Shown piece by piece: positions 54,725 through 63,504 of a stretch of 64,000 nucleotides of DNA; the first letter of the stretch is position 1, and each line of letters begins with the position of its first letter. A program made the position numbers and the translations under genes. This DNA comes from Pseudomonas sp. GTDB taxonomy: Bacteria > Pseudomonadota > Gammaproteobacteria > Pseudomonadales > Pseudomonadaceae. Below the pieces are notes generated by a model that had not been told where the DNA came from, did no database searches, and worked only from the letters and a program-made list of their open reading frames with translations. The DNA is taken from the NCBI RefSeq assembly GCF_030684895.1, contig NZ_JAUXXP010000016.1, positions 4,244 to 68,243 on the forward strand. Direction: 5' to 3'.

Positions 54725-56323
54725 ATGCGTAAGAACGCCGTCATCCAGGCTCTACTCGCCGCTGGGCTGATCGCCAGCACGCCACTTGCCAGCGCCGCCG
54801 GCAACCTGGTGTTCTGCTCCGAAGGCAGCCCCGCCGGGTTCGACCCTGGCCTGTACACCACCGGCACCGACTTCGATGCCGCTGCGGAAACCGTGTTCAA
54901 CCGCCTGAGCCAGTTCGAGCGTGGCGGCACAGCCGTAATCCCGGGCCTCGCCGAGAAGTGGGACATCAGCGAAGACGGCCTGAGCTACACCTTTCACCTG
55001 CGCCCCAAGGTGAAATTCCATACCACCGAATACTTCAAGCCGAGCCGCGACTTCAACGCCGATGACGTGCTGTTCACCTTCCAGCGCATGCTCGACAAGG
55101 ACCACCCGTTCCGCAAAGCCTACCCGTCGGAGTTCCCCTACTTCACCGACATGGGCATGGACGCGAACATCGCCAAGATCGAAAAACTCGACGACATGAC
55201 CGTCAAGTTCAGCCTCAACGAAGTCGACGCCGCCTTTATCCAAAACCTGGCGATGAGCTTCGCCTCAATCCAGTCCGCCGAATACGCCGACAGCCTGCTC
55301 AAGGCCGGCAAAGCCGCCGACATCAACCAGAAGCCTATCGGCACTGGCCCGTTCGTCTTCAGCCGCTACCAGAAGGACGCCTCGATCCGCTTCAAGGGCA
55401 ACAAGGAATACTGGCAGCCGGACGAGGTGAAGATCGACAACCTGATCTTCGCCATCAACACCGACGCCTCGGTGCGCATGCAGAAGCTCAAGGCCGGCGA
55501 GTGCCAGGTCACCCTGTTCCCGCGGCCGGCGGATCTGGACGCGCTGAAAAAAGACCCGAATCTGGACATGCCTGAGCAGGCCGGGTTCAACGTCGGCTAT
55601 ATCGCCTACAACGTCACCCACCCGCCGTTCGACAAGCTCGAAGTGCGCCAGGCGCTGGACATGGCGGTAAACAAGCAAGGCATCATCGACGCGGTGTACC
55701 AGACCGCCGGCCAGCTGGCGGTCAACGGCATGCCGCCGACCCAATGGTCCTATGACGAGAGCATCAAGGACCCGGCCTATGATCCGGAAAAGGCCAAAGA
55801 GCTGCTCAAGGCCGCCGGCATCAAGGAAGGTACCGAGATCACCCTGTGGGCCATGCCGGTGCAGCGCCCGTACAACCCCAACGCCAAGCTGATGGCTGAA
55901 ATGCTGCAAAGCGACTGGGCCAAGGTCGGCATCAAGGCCAAGATCGTCAGCTACGAATGGGGCGAATACCTCAAGCGCGCCAAGGCCGGCGAGCACGACG
56001 CCATGCTGATCGGCTGGAGCGGCGACAACGGTGACCCGGACAACTGGCTGGGCACCCTGTACGGCTGCGACGCAGTGGACGGCAACAACTTCTCCAAGTG
56101 GTGCCATGCCGACTACGACAAACTGGTGAAAGCCGCCAAGCGCGTGACCGACACCGCCGAGCGCACCGAGCTGTACAAACAGGCGCAGGTCATCCTCAAG
56201 CGTGAAGTGCCAATCACCCCGATCGCCCACTCCACGGTCTACCAACCAATGAGCAAGAAGGTTGAGGACTTCCGCATCAGCCCCTTCGCGCTGAACTCCT
56301 TCTACGGCGTCGGCGTCAAGTAA
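54725..56323 (+). CDS. dppA1: Dipeptide ABC transporter substrate-binding protein (family 5 SBP)
   Basis: 532-aa ORF with a signal peptide. About 75-80% of residues look identical to the 58584 paralog. The paralog number comes from remembered PAO1 order only. Confidence 0.85.
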   Translation: MRKNAVIQALLAAGLIASTPLASAAGNLVFCSEGSPAGFDPGLYTTGTDFDAAAETVFNRLSQFERGGTAVIPGLAEKWDISEDGLSYTFHLRPKVKFHTTEYFKPSRDFNADDVLFTFQRMLDKDHPFRKAYPSEFPYFTDMGMDANIAKIEKLDDMTVKFSLNEVDAAFIQNLAMSFASIQSAEYADSLLKAGKAADINQKPIGTGPFVFSRYQKDASIRFKGNKEYWQPDEVKIDNLIFAINTDASVRMQKLKAGECQVTLFPRPADLDALKKDPNLDMPEQAGFNVGYIAYNVTHPPFDKLEVRQALDMAVNKQGIIDAVYQTAGQLAVNGMPPTQWSYDESIKDPAYDPEKAKELLKAAGIKEGTEITLWAMPVQRPYNPNAKLMAEMLQSDWAKVGIKAKIVSYEWGEYLKRAKAGEHDAMLIGWSGDNGDPDNWLGTLYGCDAVDGNNFSKWCHADYDKLVKAAKRVTDTAERTELYKQAQVILKREVPITPIAHSTVYQPMSKKVEDFRISPFALNSFYGVGVK

Positions 56324-56336
56324 CCATCCCGGCAAT

Positions 56337-56370
56337 AAAAAACGGCGGCCAATGGCCGCCGTTTTATTTA
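56337..56370. terminator. Bidirectional terminator between the convergent dppA1 and mdpA
   Basis: AACGGCGGCC-aat-GGCCGCCGTT is flanked by A- and T-runs. Confidence 0.75.
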
Positions 56371-56382
56371 CTGCAACCGCAC

Positions 56383-57609
56383 TTATCCCAACCCAAATGG
56401 GTCATCCAGCGAATGGCTCGGCACGGTGAACCAGCGCGGCCCATCGGCGCTCATGTAGAAGTGATCCTCCAGGCGCACGCCGAACTCACCCGGCACGCAG
56501 ATCATCGGTTCATTGCTGAAGCACATGCCTTCGGCCAGCGGCGTCAGATCGCCACGCACCAGATAGGGCCCTTCATGGATATCCAGACCGATACCGTGCC
56601 CGGTGCGATGCGGCAGACCCGGCAATTTGTAATCCGGGCCCAGGCCCGCCGCTTCCAGAGTGCGCCGCGCCGCAGCATCCACCGCCTGGCAGGGCTGGCC
56701 GAGCTGCGCGGCCTCGAACGCTGCAAGCTGCGCGGCTTTCTCGATGTTCCAGAAGTCACGTTGACGCTGACTGGGCTCGCCGAAGACATAGCTGCGGGTG
56801 ATGTCCGACAGGTAGCCGTGCACCTGGCAACCGGTGTCGATCAGCACCATATCGCCCTGTTTGAGGGTCTGCGCGTGTTTGACGCCATGGGGAAAAGCAC
56901 TGGCCGGACCAAATAGCACGATGCAGAACGTCGAGCCCGCCGCGCCGACGGCGCGATGCGCCTGCTGAATAAACTCGGCCACCGCCGTGGTGCTGATGCC
57001 TTCGTGCAGCACAGTGGCGACGGCCTTGTGCACCTCGAGGGTCATGTCCTTGGCGCGCTGCATCAGGGCCAGCTCCGCCGCTGATTTGCGCTGCCGGCAG
57101 TAAGCACTGACCACCGCGCCATCGACAAACTCGTAGCCTCTGGCCAGGCGGCGTATGCCGTCGACCATAAAGAACGCCAGCGTCGGACAGAGGCCGACTT
57201 TCACTGGCTGCTCTGGATCGGCCGTGATGCCCATTCGCTGCAGGGTATCGAGCAGCAACTGATAGGGGCTTTCGTGCTCCTGCCAAGTATTGATGACCCC
57301 TGCGAGCACCTGGAAGTCGCGAATCGTACCGACCTCAAATGCCGGGGCGAGGTATTCCAGCGGCCCCTCGGCCGGGATAATGGCGCCCACCATGCGCTCA
57401 CTGGGATGCCAGCGCACGCCAGTGAAATACTGCAGGTTGCTGCCGGCGTTGATAAATATTGCGGCAACACCTTCGGCCTGCATGCGCGCCTGAGCGCGAC
57501 CCACCCGCGCCTGATACTCGGCAAGTTCGATAGGCTGTGCGCCATCCATCATGTTGTGCAGCCCGGCAAGCGCCTGTTGCGGCGTACAACCTCCAACACC
57601 ATGGGTCAT
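56383..57609 (-). CDS. mdpA: M24-family metallopeptidase (Xaa-Pro dipeptidase / creatinase-like)
   Basis: 408-aa ORF with the SD AAGGAG 6 nt upstream. M24 metal-ligand contexts are visible (DTGCQVHGYLSDITR, HRTGHGIGLDIHE, SNEPMICVPGEFGVRLED). Confidence 0.8.
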   Translation of the reverse strand: MTHGVGGCTPQQALAGLHNMMDGAQPIELAEYQARVGRAQARMQAEGVAAIFINAGSNLQYFTGVRWHPSERMVGAIIPAEGPLEYLAPAFEVGTIRDFQVLAGVINTWQEHESPYQLLLDTLQRMGITADPEQPVKVGLCPTLAFFMVDGIRRLARGYEFVDGAVVSAYCRQRKSAAELALMQRAKDMTLEVHKAVATVLHEGISTTAVAEFIQQAHRAVGAAGSTFCIVLFGPASAFPHGVKHAQTLKQGDMVLIDTGCQVHGYLSDITRSYVFGEPSQRQRDFWNIEKAAQLAAFEAAQLGQPCQAVDAAARRTLEAAGLGPDYKLPGLPHRTGHGIGLDIHEGPYLVRGDLTPLAEGMCFSNEPMICVPGEFGVRLEDHFYMSADGPRWFTVPSHSLDDPFGLG

Positions 57610-57651
57610 CTCGCGCTCCTTTTGTATGGTTAGCGGTATTCATCAGACGTA

Positions 57652-57703
57652 ATTTAAGTAAGGCTTAAATATAACGCAGCAAGTATTTAAGTCACACTTA
57701 ATT
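57652..57703. promoter_or_regulatory. Two copies of the palindrome ATTTAAG-N5-CTTAAWT in the mdpA-psdR divergent intergenic region
   Basis: 57652-57670 is ATTTAAGtaaggCTTAAAT (perfect) and 57685-57703 is ATTTAAGtcacaCTTAATT. Their centres are 33 bp apart. They overlap a plausible mdpA promoter on the minus strand: -35 GTGACT (57690-57695) and -10 TATATT (57668-57673). Confidence 0.6.
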
Positions 57704-57779
57704 TATTAAGGATTGTCCGACGACTTTTATGCGTGGCGCCGAACGGTATACTGGCGCTCTTTCAGCACGAGCCAGGGTT

Positions 57780-58343
57780 ATGACCGCAGATCGCATCGGA
57801 GAACGTTTGCGCCGCTACCGGCGGGCCGCGAAGAAGACCCTGAATGAAGTCGCCAGCGAATCGGGGCTCACCGCCAGCTTCCTCTCCCAGGCCGAGCGCA
57901 ACCTGACCGGCATCTCGATTTCCTCACTGGCCAGCATCGCCAAGTCACTCGACATTCCGCTCAACGTGCTGTTCGACCAACCGCCACAACCCGAGCCCGA
58001 CTCCCACCAGGGCGAGCGGGTGCGCTACACCATCGAAGGCCAGCCCCTGGCCTACGAGCGGCTGTCCAGCAGCTTCCCGGGCAACCAGTTGAACGCGGTA
58101 AAAATGAGCATGCCGGTCGGCTACCAATCCGAACTGATCGCCCATGAAGGTGCCGAGTTCGCCTACGTGTTATCCGGCAAGATTCTCTACACCATCGACG
58201 GCCGCCAGTACCCACTGAGCGCCGGCGACTCGGTGCACTTCGATGCCGGCAAGGCCCATCGCCTGGCCAATGTCGGTAACGAGGTAGCGGAAATGCTGGC
58301 CATCACCACCCTCAGCCTGTTCGACGACCACAGCACGCCCTGA
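57780..58343 (+). CDS. psdR: XRE-family HTH + cupin transcriptional regulator (PsdR-like)
   Basis: The ORF 57729-58343 was trimmed to the ATG at 57780 (MTADRIGERLRRYRRAAKKTLNEVA). It has an N-terminal HTH_3 and a C-terminal cupin (GAEFAYVLSGKILYTIDG..GDSVHFD). Confidence 0.8.
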   Translation: MTADRIGERLRRYRRAAKKTLNEVASESGLTASFLSQAERNLTGISISSLASIAKSLDIPLNVLFDQPPQPEPDSHQGERVRYTIEGQPLAYERLSSSFPGNQLNAVKMSMPVGYQSELIAHEGAEFAYVLSGKILYTIDGRQYPLSAGDSVHFDAGKAHRLANVGNEVAEMLAITTLSLFDDHSTP

Positions 58344-58385
58344 CCCCGATAACGGGTGCGCGCTAGCACAGTGTGATGACAACAA

Positions 58386-58436
58386 ATGTTAGTAGCGCTT
58401 AATTTCTATTGACCTCAATTTCAGCATGACTTAATT
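58386..58436. promoter_or_regulatory. Two further copies of the same palindrome over the dppA3 promoter
   Basis: 58386-58404 is ATGTTAGtagcgCTTAATT and 58418-58436 is ATTTCAGcatgaCTTAATT. Their centres are 32 bp apart. They bracket and overlap TTGACC (58409-58414), 17 nt, TAATTT (58432-58437). Confidence 0.6.
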
Positions 58437-58583
58437 TCGAGCGCGGCAGGTTGCTGAGCGATTTCGCTCCACCGCAGCTCTGGGCCGGCCTATTCACCCG
58501 ACAGGTCGGAACGCAGCGGTGCTGATCACAGCCCACGAGGCTGGCCCTCAATGACGCCCAAAAAAAGAATAAATGAGGTACTC

Positions 58584-60182
58584 ATGCGCACTCACACGTC
58601 CATCCAGGCCATGCTCGTCGCCGGACTGCTTCTCGGCTCGACATACGCATCCGCCAGCAACCTCGTGTACTGCTCCGAAGGCAGTCCCGGCGGTTTCGAC
58701 CCGGGCCAATACACCACCGGCACCGATTTTGACGCCGCCTCGGAAACCCTATTCAACCGCCTTGCCCAGTTCGAGCGCGGCAGCACCCTGGCCGTACCGG
58801 CCCTGGCGACTGAATGGCAGGTCAGTGACGACGGTCTCAGCTACACCTTCAAGCTGCGGCCTGGGGTGAAATTCCACAGCACCGACTACTTCACCCCCAG
58901 CCGCACCTTCAACGCTGATGACGTGGTGTTCACCTTCCAGCGCATGCTCGACAAGGATCATCCGTTCCGTAAGGCCTATCCGACCGAGTTCCCGTACTTC
59001 ACCGACATGGGCCTGGACAAGAACATCGCCAAGGTGGAGAAAGTCGACGACCTCAGCGTGCGCTTCACCCTGAACAATGTGGACGCGGCCTTTATCCAAA
59101 ACCTGGCGATGAACTTCGCCGCCATCCACTCCGCCGAATACGCAGACCAGCTGCTCAAGGCTGGCAAAGCCGCCGACATCAACCAGAAGCCGATCGGCAC
59201 CGGCCCCTTCGTGTTCAACCGCTATCAGAAAGATGCGCAAATTCGCTTCAAGGGCAACAAGGACTACTGGCTGCCTGAAGATGTGCAGATCGACAACCTG
59301 ATCTTCGCCATCAACACCGACGCCTCGGTGCGCGCGCAAAAGCTCAAGGCGGGCGAATGCCAGGTCACCCTGAACCCGCGCCCAGCTGACCTTGCCGCGC
59401 TGCAAAAAGACCCGAATCTGCAGGTGCCCAGCCAGCCTGGCTTCAACCTGGGTTATATCGCCTATAACGTGACCCGCGCGCCATTCGACAAGCTCGAAGT
59501 GCGTCAAGCGCTGGACATGGCCATCGACAAACCGGCGATCATCAGCGCGGTCTACCAGGGCGCCGGGCAACTGGCGGTCAACGCCATGCCACCGACCCAG
59601 TGGTCCTATGACGAAAGCATCAGCGCAATTCCGCAAGACATCGAAAAAGCCAAGGCCCTGCTCAAGCAGGCTGGCGTTGCCGAAGGCACCAAGATCACCC
59701 TATGGGCCATGCCCGTGCAGCGCCCGTATAACCCCAACGCCAAACTGATGGCCGAAATGCTTCAGGCCGACTGGGCCAAGGTGGGCATCAAGGCAGAGAT
59801 CGTCAGCTACGAGTGGGGCGAGTACATCAAGCGCGCCCATGCCGGTGAGCATGACGCCATGCTGATCGGCTGGACCGGCGACAACGGTGACCCGGACAAC
59901 TGGCTGGGCACCCTGTACGGCTGCGACTCGGTCAATGGCAACAACTTCTCCAAATGGTGCGATGCCGGCTACGACAAGGTCGTCAAGCAGGCCAAGGCGA
60001 TTACCGATCGCGACGCCCGCACCAAGCTGTATCAGCAGGCGCAACAGATCATCCAGCAACAATTGCCGATCTCCCCGATCGCGCATTCAACGGTCTATCA
60101 GCCCATGCGCAACAGCGTAGAAGGCTTCGAGATCAGCCCCTTCGGGCGCAACAGTTTCTACGGCGTCAGCAACACGCGCTGA
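58584..60182 (+). CDS. dppA3: Dipeptide ABC transporter substrate-binding protein paralog
   Basis: The ORF 58551-60182 was trimmed to the ATG at 58584 (MRTHTSIQAMLVAGLLLGSTYASA). It is a family 5 SBP. Confidence 0.85.
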   Translation: MRTHTSIQAMLVAGLLLGSTYASASNLVYCSEGSPGGFDPGQYTTGTDFDAASETLFNRLAQFERGSTLAVPALATEWQVSDDGLSYTFKLRPGVKFHSTDYFTPSRTFNADDVVFTFQRMLDKDHPFRKAYPTEFPYFTDMGLDKNIAKVEKVDDLSVRFTLNNVDAAFIQNLAMNFAAIHSAEYADQLLKAGKAADINQKPIGTGPFVFNRYQKDAQIRFKGNKDYWLPEDVQIDNLIFAINTDASVRAQKLKAGECQVTLNPRPADLAALQKDPNLQVPSQPGFNLGYIAYNVTRAPFDKLEVRQALDMAIDKPAIISAVYQGAGQLAVNAMPPTQWSYDESISAIPQDIEKAKALLKQAGVAEGTKITLWAMPVQRPYNPNAKLMAEMLQADWAKVGIKAEIVSYEWGEYIKRAHAGEHDAMLIGWTGDNGDPDNWLGTLYGCDSVNGNNFSKWCDAGYDKVVKQAKAITDRDARTKLYQQAQQIIQQQLPISPIAHSTVYQPMRNSVEGFEISPFGRNSFYGVSNTR

Positions 60183-60398
60183 GAACGTGCACCAACGGCG
60201 GGCCAGCGGGCCCGCCGAACACCTAATAAAAACGACTGTATTCCTCGCCCGGCAATCACCGGCTGAGTGTTTCGTAGCTGCCAAAACGTTCGCAAGAATG
60301 CGCTTTCCGAGCGTTGCCGGGGCTGTTTCGTCCCTGCGACAGGTAGTCCGTATGAGCACTCCTTGCCTAATAAAAAAGCCGTTACAGGAGCCAAGCAA

Positions 60399-61766
60399 AT
60401 GACCTTAACCCTTCGTACCAGCATTCCCCTGAGCCTCGCCATTCTCACCCTCAGCAGCTACAGCCAGGCGGCTGAACCCAGCGGCCAGGACAGCGCCAGC
60501 GGCTTTTTCGAGGGCCAGAGCCTGTCCTTGAGTACCCGCAATTTTGCCGCTCGCGAACGTTTCCAGGGCCATTCCGGCCTGAATATCCCCAAGGATGGTG
60601 GTGCGCAGTTCACCCAGTCGCGCTACACCTGGGTGCAAGGCACACAGCTCAAGTACAACTCCGGCTACACCCAGGGTACGGTTGGTTTCGGCATCGATGT
60701 GGCGGCGTTCAACGCAATCAACCTGGAGCGCGGCAAGGGCCGTATCGCTGGCGGCGGCAACCGCACCCTGGCCGACAGCAACGGTCATGGCCAGGAGCAC
60801 TGGTCCAAACTCGGCATCGCCAACCTACGCGCGCGTATTTCCCGCAGCGAACTCAAAGTCGGGCGTTTTCAAGTCGAAACACCGGTATTCAACGCCATCG
60901 ACAACCGTGCCCTGCCATCCAGCTTCAACGGCGTCGGCCTGGTCAGTGAAGAGCTGGACAACCTCAATCTGCAAGCGGGTAGCTTTCGCCGCACCAGCCC
61001 GCGCACCGGCGCAGGCGATGAAGCCCTGACCACCGAATACGGCACTCGCCAAGCAGAAGGAGAACGCTACAACTACCTGGGCGGCAACTACAAAGCGCTG
61101 GATAACCTCGAAGTAGCACTGTATGGCGGGCGCTTTGAAGACATCTGGGACCAGTACTACCTGGGTATTACCCACGATCTCGGTGACCGCGAACAGCTGT
61201 CCCTGCGCACCGCCTTCAACGGCTACCACACCCGTGACAGTGGCGCGCGTGAAGCCGGCTATATCGATAACAATACCTGGAGCCTGGCCTTTACCCTCGG
61301 TCATCAGGCTCACGGCCTGACCCTGGCCTGGCAGCAGGTCGAGGGGGATGAATACTTTGATTACGTACACGAAACGTCCGCTATCTACCTGGCCAACTCG
61401 CTGCTTTCCGACTACAACGGCCCGAACGAGAAATCCGCGCAGATCCGCTATGAAACGGATTGGAGCTATTTCGGTATACCTGGCCTAAGCACCATGGCCT
61501 GGTACGCCAAAGGCTGGGATATCGACGGCACTCACTACGACGGCGGGCGCAATGGCGCCCACGCCAACTACGCCGACGTACTCAGCCAGGATGGCGAAAA
61601 ACACCGCGAGTACGGACTGATGGCGAGCTACAAGGTGCAGAGCGGAGCAATCAAGGACAGCACCTTCAAGGTCACCTACATGTCGCACAAGGCCAGCCAG
61701 AACCAGGCCGATGGCAGCGTCAACGAGCTGCGCATCGTCAGCACCCTGCCCTTTGACCTGCTCTAA
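60399..61766 (+). CDS. opdP: OprD-family substrate-specific porin (OpdP-like)
   Basis: The ORF 60267-61766 was trimmed to the ATG at 60399 (MTLTLRTSIPLSLAILTLSSYSQA). OprD family motifs are present (GFFEGQSLSLSTRNF, KVGRFQ..TPVF, LRIVSTLPFDLL). Confidence 0.9.
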   Translation: MTLTLRTSIPLSLAILTLSSYSQAAEPSGQDSASGFFEGQSLSLSTRNFAARERFQGHSGLNIPKDGGAQFTQSRYTWVQGTQLKYNSGYTQGTVGFGIDVAAFNAINLERGKGRIAGGGNRTLADSNGHGQEHWSKLGIANLRARISRSELKVGRFQVETPVFNAIDNRALPSSFNGVGLVSEELDNLNLQAGSFRRTSPRTGAGDEALTTEYGTRQAEGERYNYLGGNYKALDNLEVALYGGRFEDIWDQYYLGITHDLGDREQLSLRTAFNGYHTRDSGAREAGYIDNNTWSLAFTLGHQAHGLTLAWQQVEGDEYFDYVHETSAIYLANSLLSDYNGPNEKSAQIRYETDWSYFGIPGLSTMAWYAKGWDIDGTHYDGGRNGAHANYADVLSQDGEKHREYGLMASYKVQSGAIKDSTFKVTYMSHKASQNQADGSVNELRIVSTLPFDLL

Positions 61767-61783
61767 GCACCGGGAGAGTCAGC

Positions 61784-63373
61784 ATGCACTTGAACCTACG
61801 CCATCTCCCCTTGCTGCTCGCTTTCGGCTGCACAGCCATTCAGGCAAAACCACTGGTGGTGTGCACCGAAGCAGCGCCGGAAGGCTTCGATATCGTCCAA
61901 TACACCACAGCGGTAACCGCCGATGCGGCGTCTGAAGCGCTGTTTGATCGCCTGGTGCGTTTCAAACCCGGCACCACCGAAATCGAACCGGCCCTGGCCG
62001 AGCGCTGGGACATCAGCCCCGATGGGCTGAGCTACACCTTCTATCTGCGCAAAGGGGTGAAGTTTCACAGCACCGCCTGGTTTACCCCCAGCCGCGAGAT
62101 GAACGCCGATGACGTGCTGTGGAGCATCCAGCGCCAGCATGACCCCAAGCACCCTTGGCATGTTCAGGCCAACCGCGGCTTCCCGTATTTCGAGGCCATG
62201 GAATTCGGCAAGCTGATTGCCCGCATCGAAAAGCTCGACGAGCACCGCGTACGCTTCGTGCTCAACCAGCCCCAGGCGCCTTTCCTCGCCGACCTGGCCA
62301 TGGGCTTCACCTCGATCTACTCCGCCGAGTATGCCGAGCAGCTGCTCAAAGCCGGCAAGCAGGAACTGCTCAACAGCCAGCCAATCGGCACCGGACCGTT
62401 TGTATTGCAGCGCTACGCCAAGGATGCTCAGGTGCGCTACAGCAGCCACCCGGACTATTGGGATGGTGAGCCAGCTTCAGAAAAACTGCTGTTTGCCATC
62501 ACCACCGATCCCAATGTGCGCATCCAGCAGCTGCGCGCCGGGGCCTGCCACATTGCCCTGTACCCACGCCCCTTCGATATTCCGGCACTCAAGGCCGATG
62601 ACACATTGCAGGTACTGGAACTCGACTCACTGCTGACCTCCTACGTGGCCCTCAACGTGCGCCATAAACCGCTGGACGATGTGCGCGTACGCCAGGCGAT
62701 CAACCTGGCCTTCGACAAGCAGGCCTACCTCGGCGCGCAGTTCGGGGCCGAAGGCGCCAGTCCGGCCGTAGCGCCCTACCCGTCAACCCTGCTCGGCTAC
62801 GACAATCAGCTTGAGGGCTGGCCCCATGACCCTCAGCGCGCCCGTCAGTTGCTCGCCGAAGCCGGCCACGCGAACGGCATCAGCCTGTCGATCTGGACCC
62901 GCCCAGGCGGCGGCCCCACCAACCCCAACCCATCACTCGGCGCACAAATGCTGCAAGCCGACCTGGCAGCAGTCGGCATTAAAACCGACATCCGCGTGAT
63001 GGAATGGGGCGAGCTGATCAAGCGCGCGAAGAACGGCGAACACGACCTGGTGTTTATGGGCTGGGCCGGCGATAACGGCGACCCGGATAACTTCCTCACC
63101 CCCAACCTCTCTTGCGCCGCCGCACAGAGCGGCGAGAACCAGGCCGGCTGGTGTGATAGCGAGTTCGACAGGTTGATCACCCAGGCCCGGGAAACCATAG
63201 AACCACAGCAGCGCGCTGCGCTGTACCGCCAGGCGCTGGGAATTTTCCATCAGCAGGCACCGTGGATTCCCCAGGCTCACCCCAAGCAATTCAGTGCGGT
63301 CAGTGGTGATGTCGAGGGTTTTACCCTCAGCCCCATGGGCTCGAACAATTACGCCAAGGTAAAGCGGCACTGA
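61784..63373 (+). CDS. dppA4: Peptide ABC transporter substrate-binding protein, more divergent paralog
   Basis: 529-aa ORF with a signal peptide. It is a family 5 SBP (GLSYTFYLRKGVKFH, MGWAGDNGDPDNF). Confidence 0.8.
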   Translation: MHLNLRHLPLLLAFGCTAIQAKPLVVCTEAAPEGFDIVQYTTAVTADAASEALFDRLVRFKPGTTEIEPALAERWDISPDGLSYTFYLRKGVKFHSTAWFTPSREMNADDVLWSIQRQHDPKHPWHVQANRGFPYFEAMEFGKLIARIEKLDEHRVRFVLNQPQAPFLADLAMGFTSIYSAEYAEQLLKAGKQELLNSQPIGTGPFVLQRYAKDAQVRYSSHPDYWDGEPASEKLLFAITTDPNVRIQQLRAGACHIALYPRPFDIPALKADDTLQVLELDSLLTSYVALNVRHKPLDDVRVRQAINLAFDKQAYLGAQFGAEGASPAVAPYPSTLLGYDNQLEGWPHDPQRARQLLAEAGHANGISLSIWTRPGGGPTNPNPSLGAQMLQADLAAVGIKTDIRVMEWGELIKRAKNGEHDLVFMGWAGDNGDPDNFLTPNLSCAAAQSGENQAGWCDSEFDRLITQARETIEPQQRAALYRQALGIFHQQAPWIPQAHPKQFSAVSGDVEGFTLSPMGSNNYAKVKRH

Positions 63374-63504
63374 TTCTGCAAGCCGTACTCAAAACAGGAG
63401 CCACCGACGCGCACCAACTGCGCGCCAGTGGCAGATCGACACACTATGCCCGCGGCCCACGTAGCCGTTGGCGCGAATACACTGATGCGGAGTAACAAAC
63501 ACCC

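Noticed and set aside
55265-56335. 356-aa minus-strand ORF, and the similar 58749-59636 ORF
   Set aside because: They are antisense to the dppA paralogs. They recur simply because the sense genes are paralogous.
60197-60216. GC hairpin GGCGGGCC-agc-GGGCCCGCC after dppA3
   Set aside because: The stem is strong but no T-run follows (the sequence continues GAACACCTAATAAAAA). I cannot decide between a weak terminator, an RNA-stability hairpin and chance, so I did not list it as a terminator.
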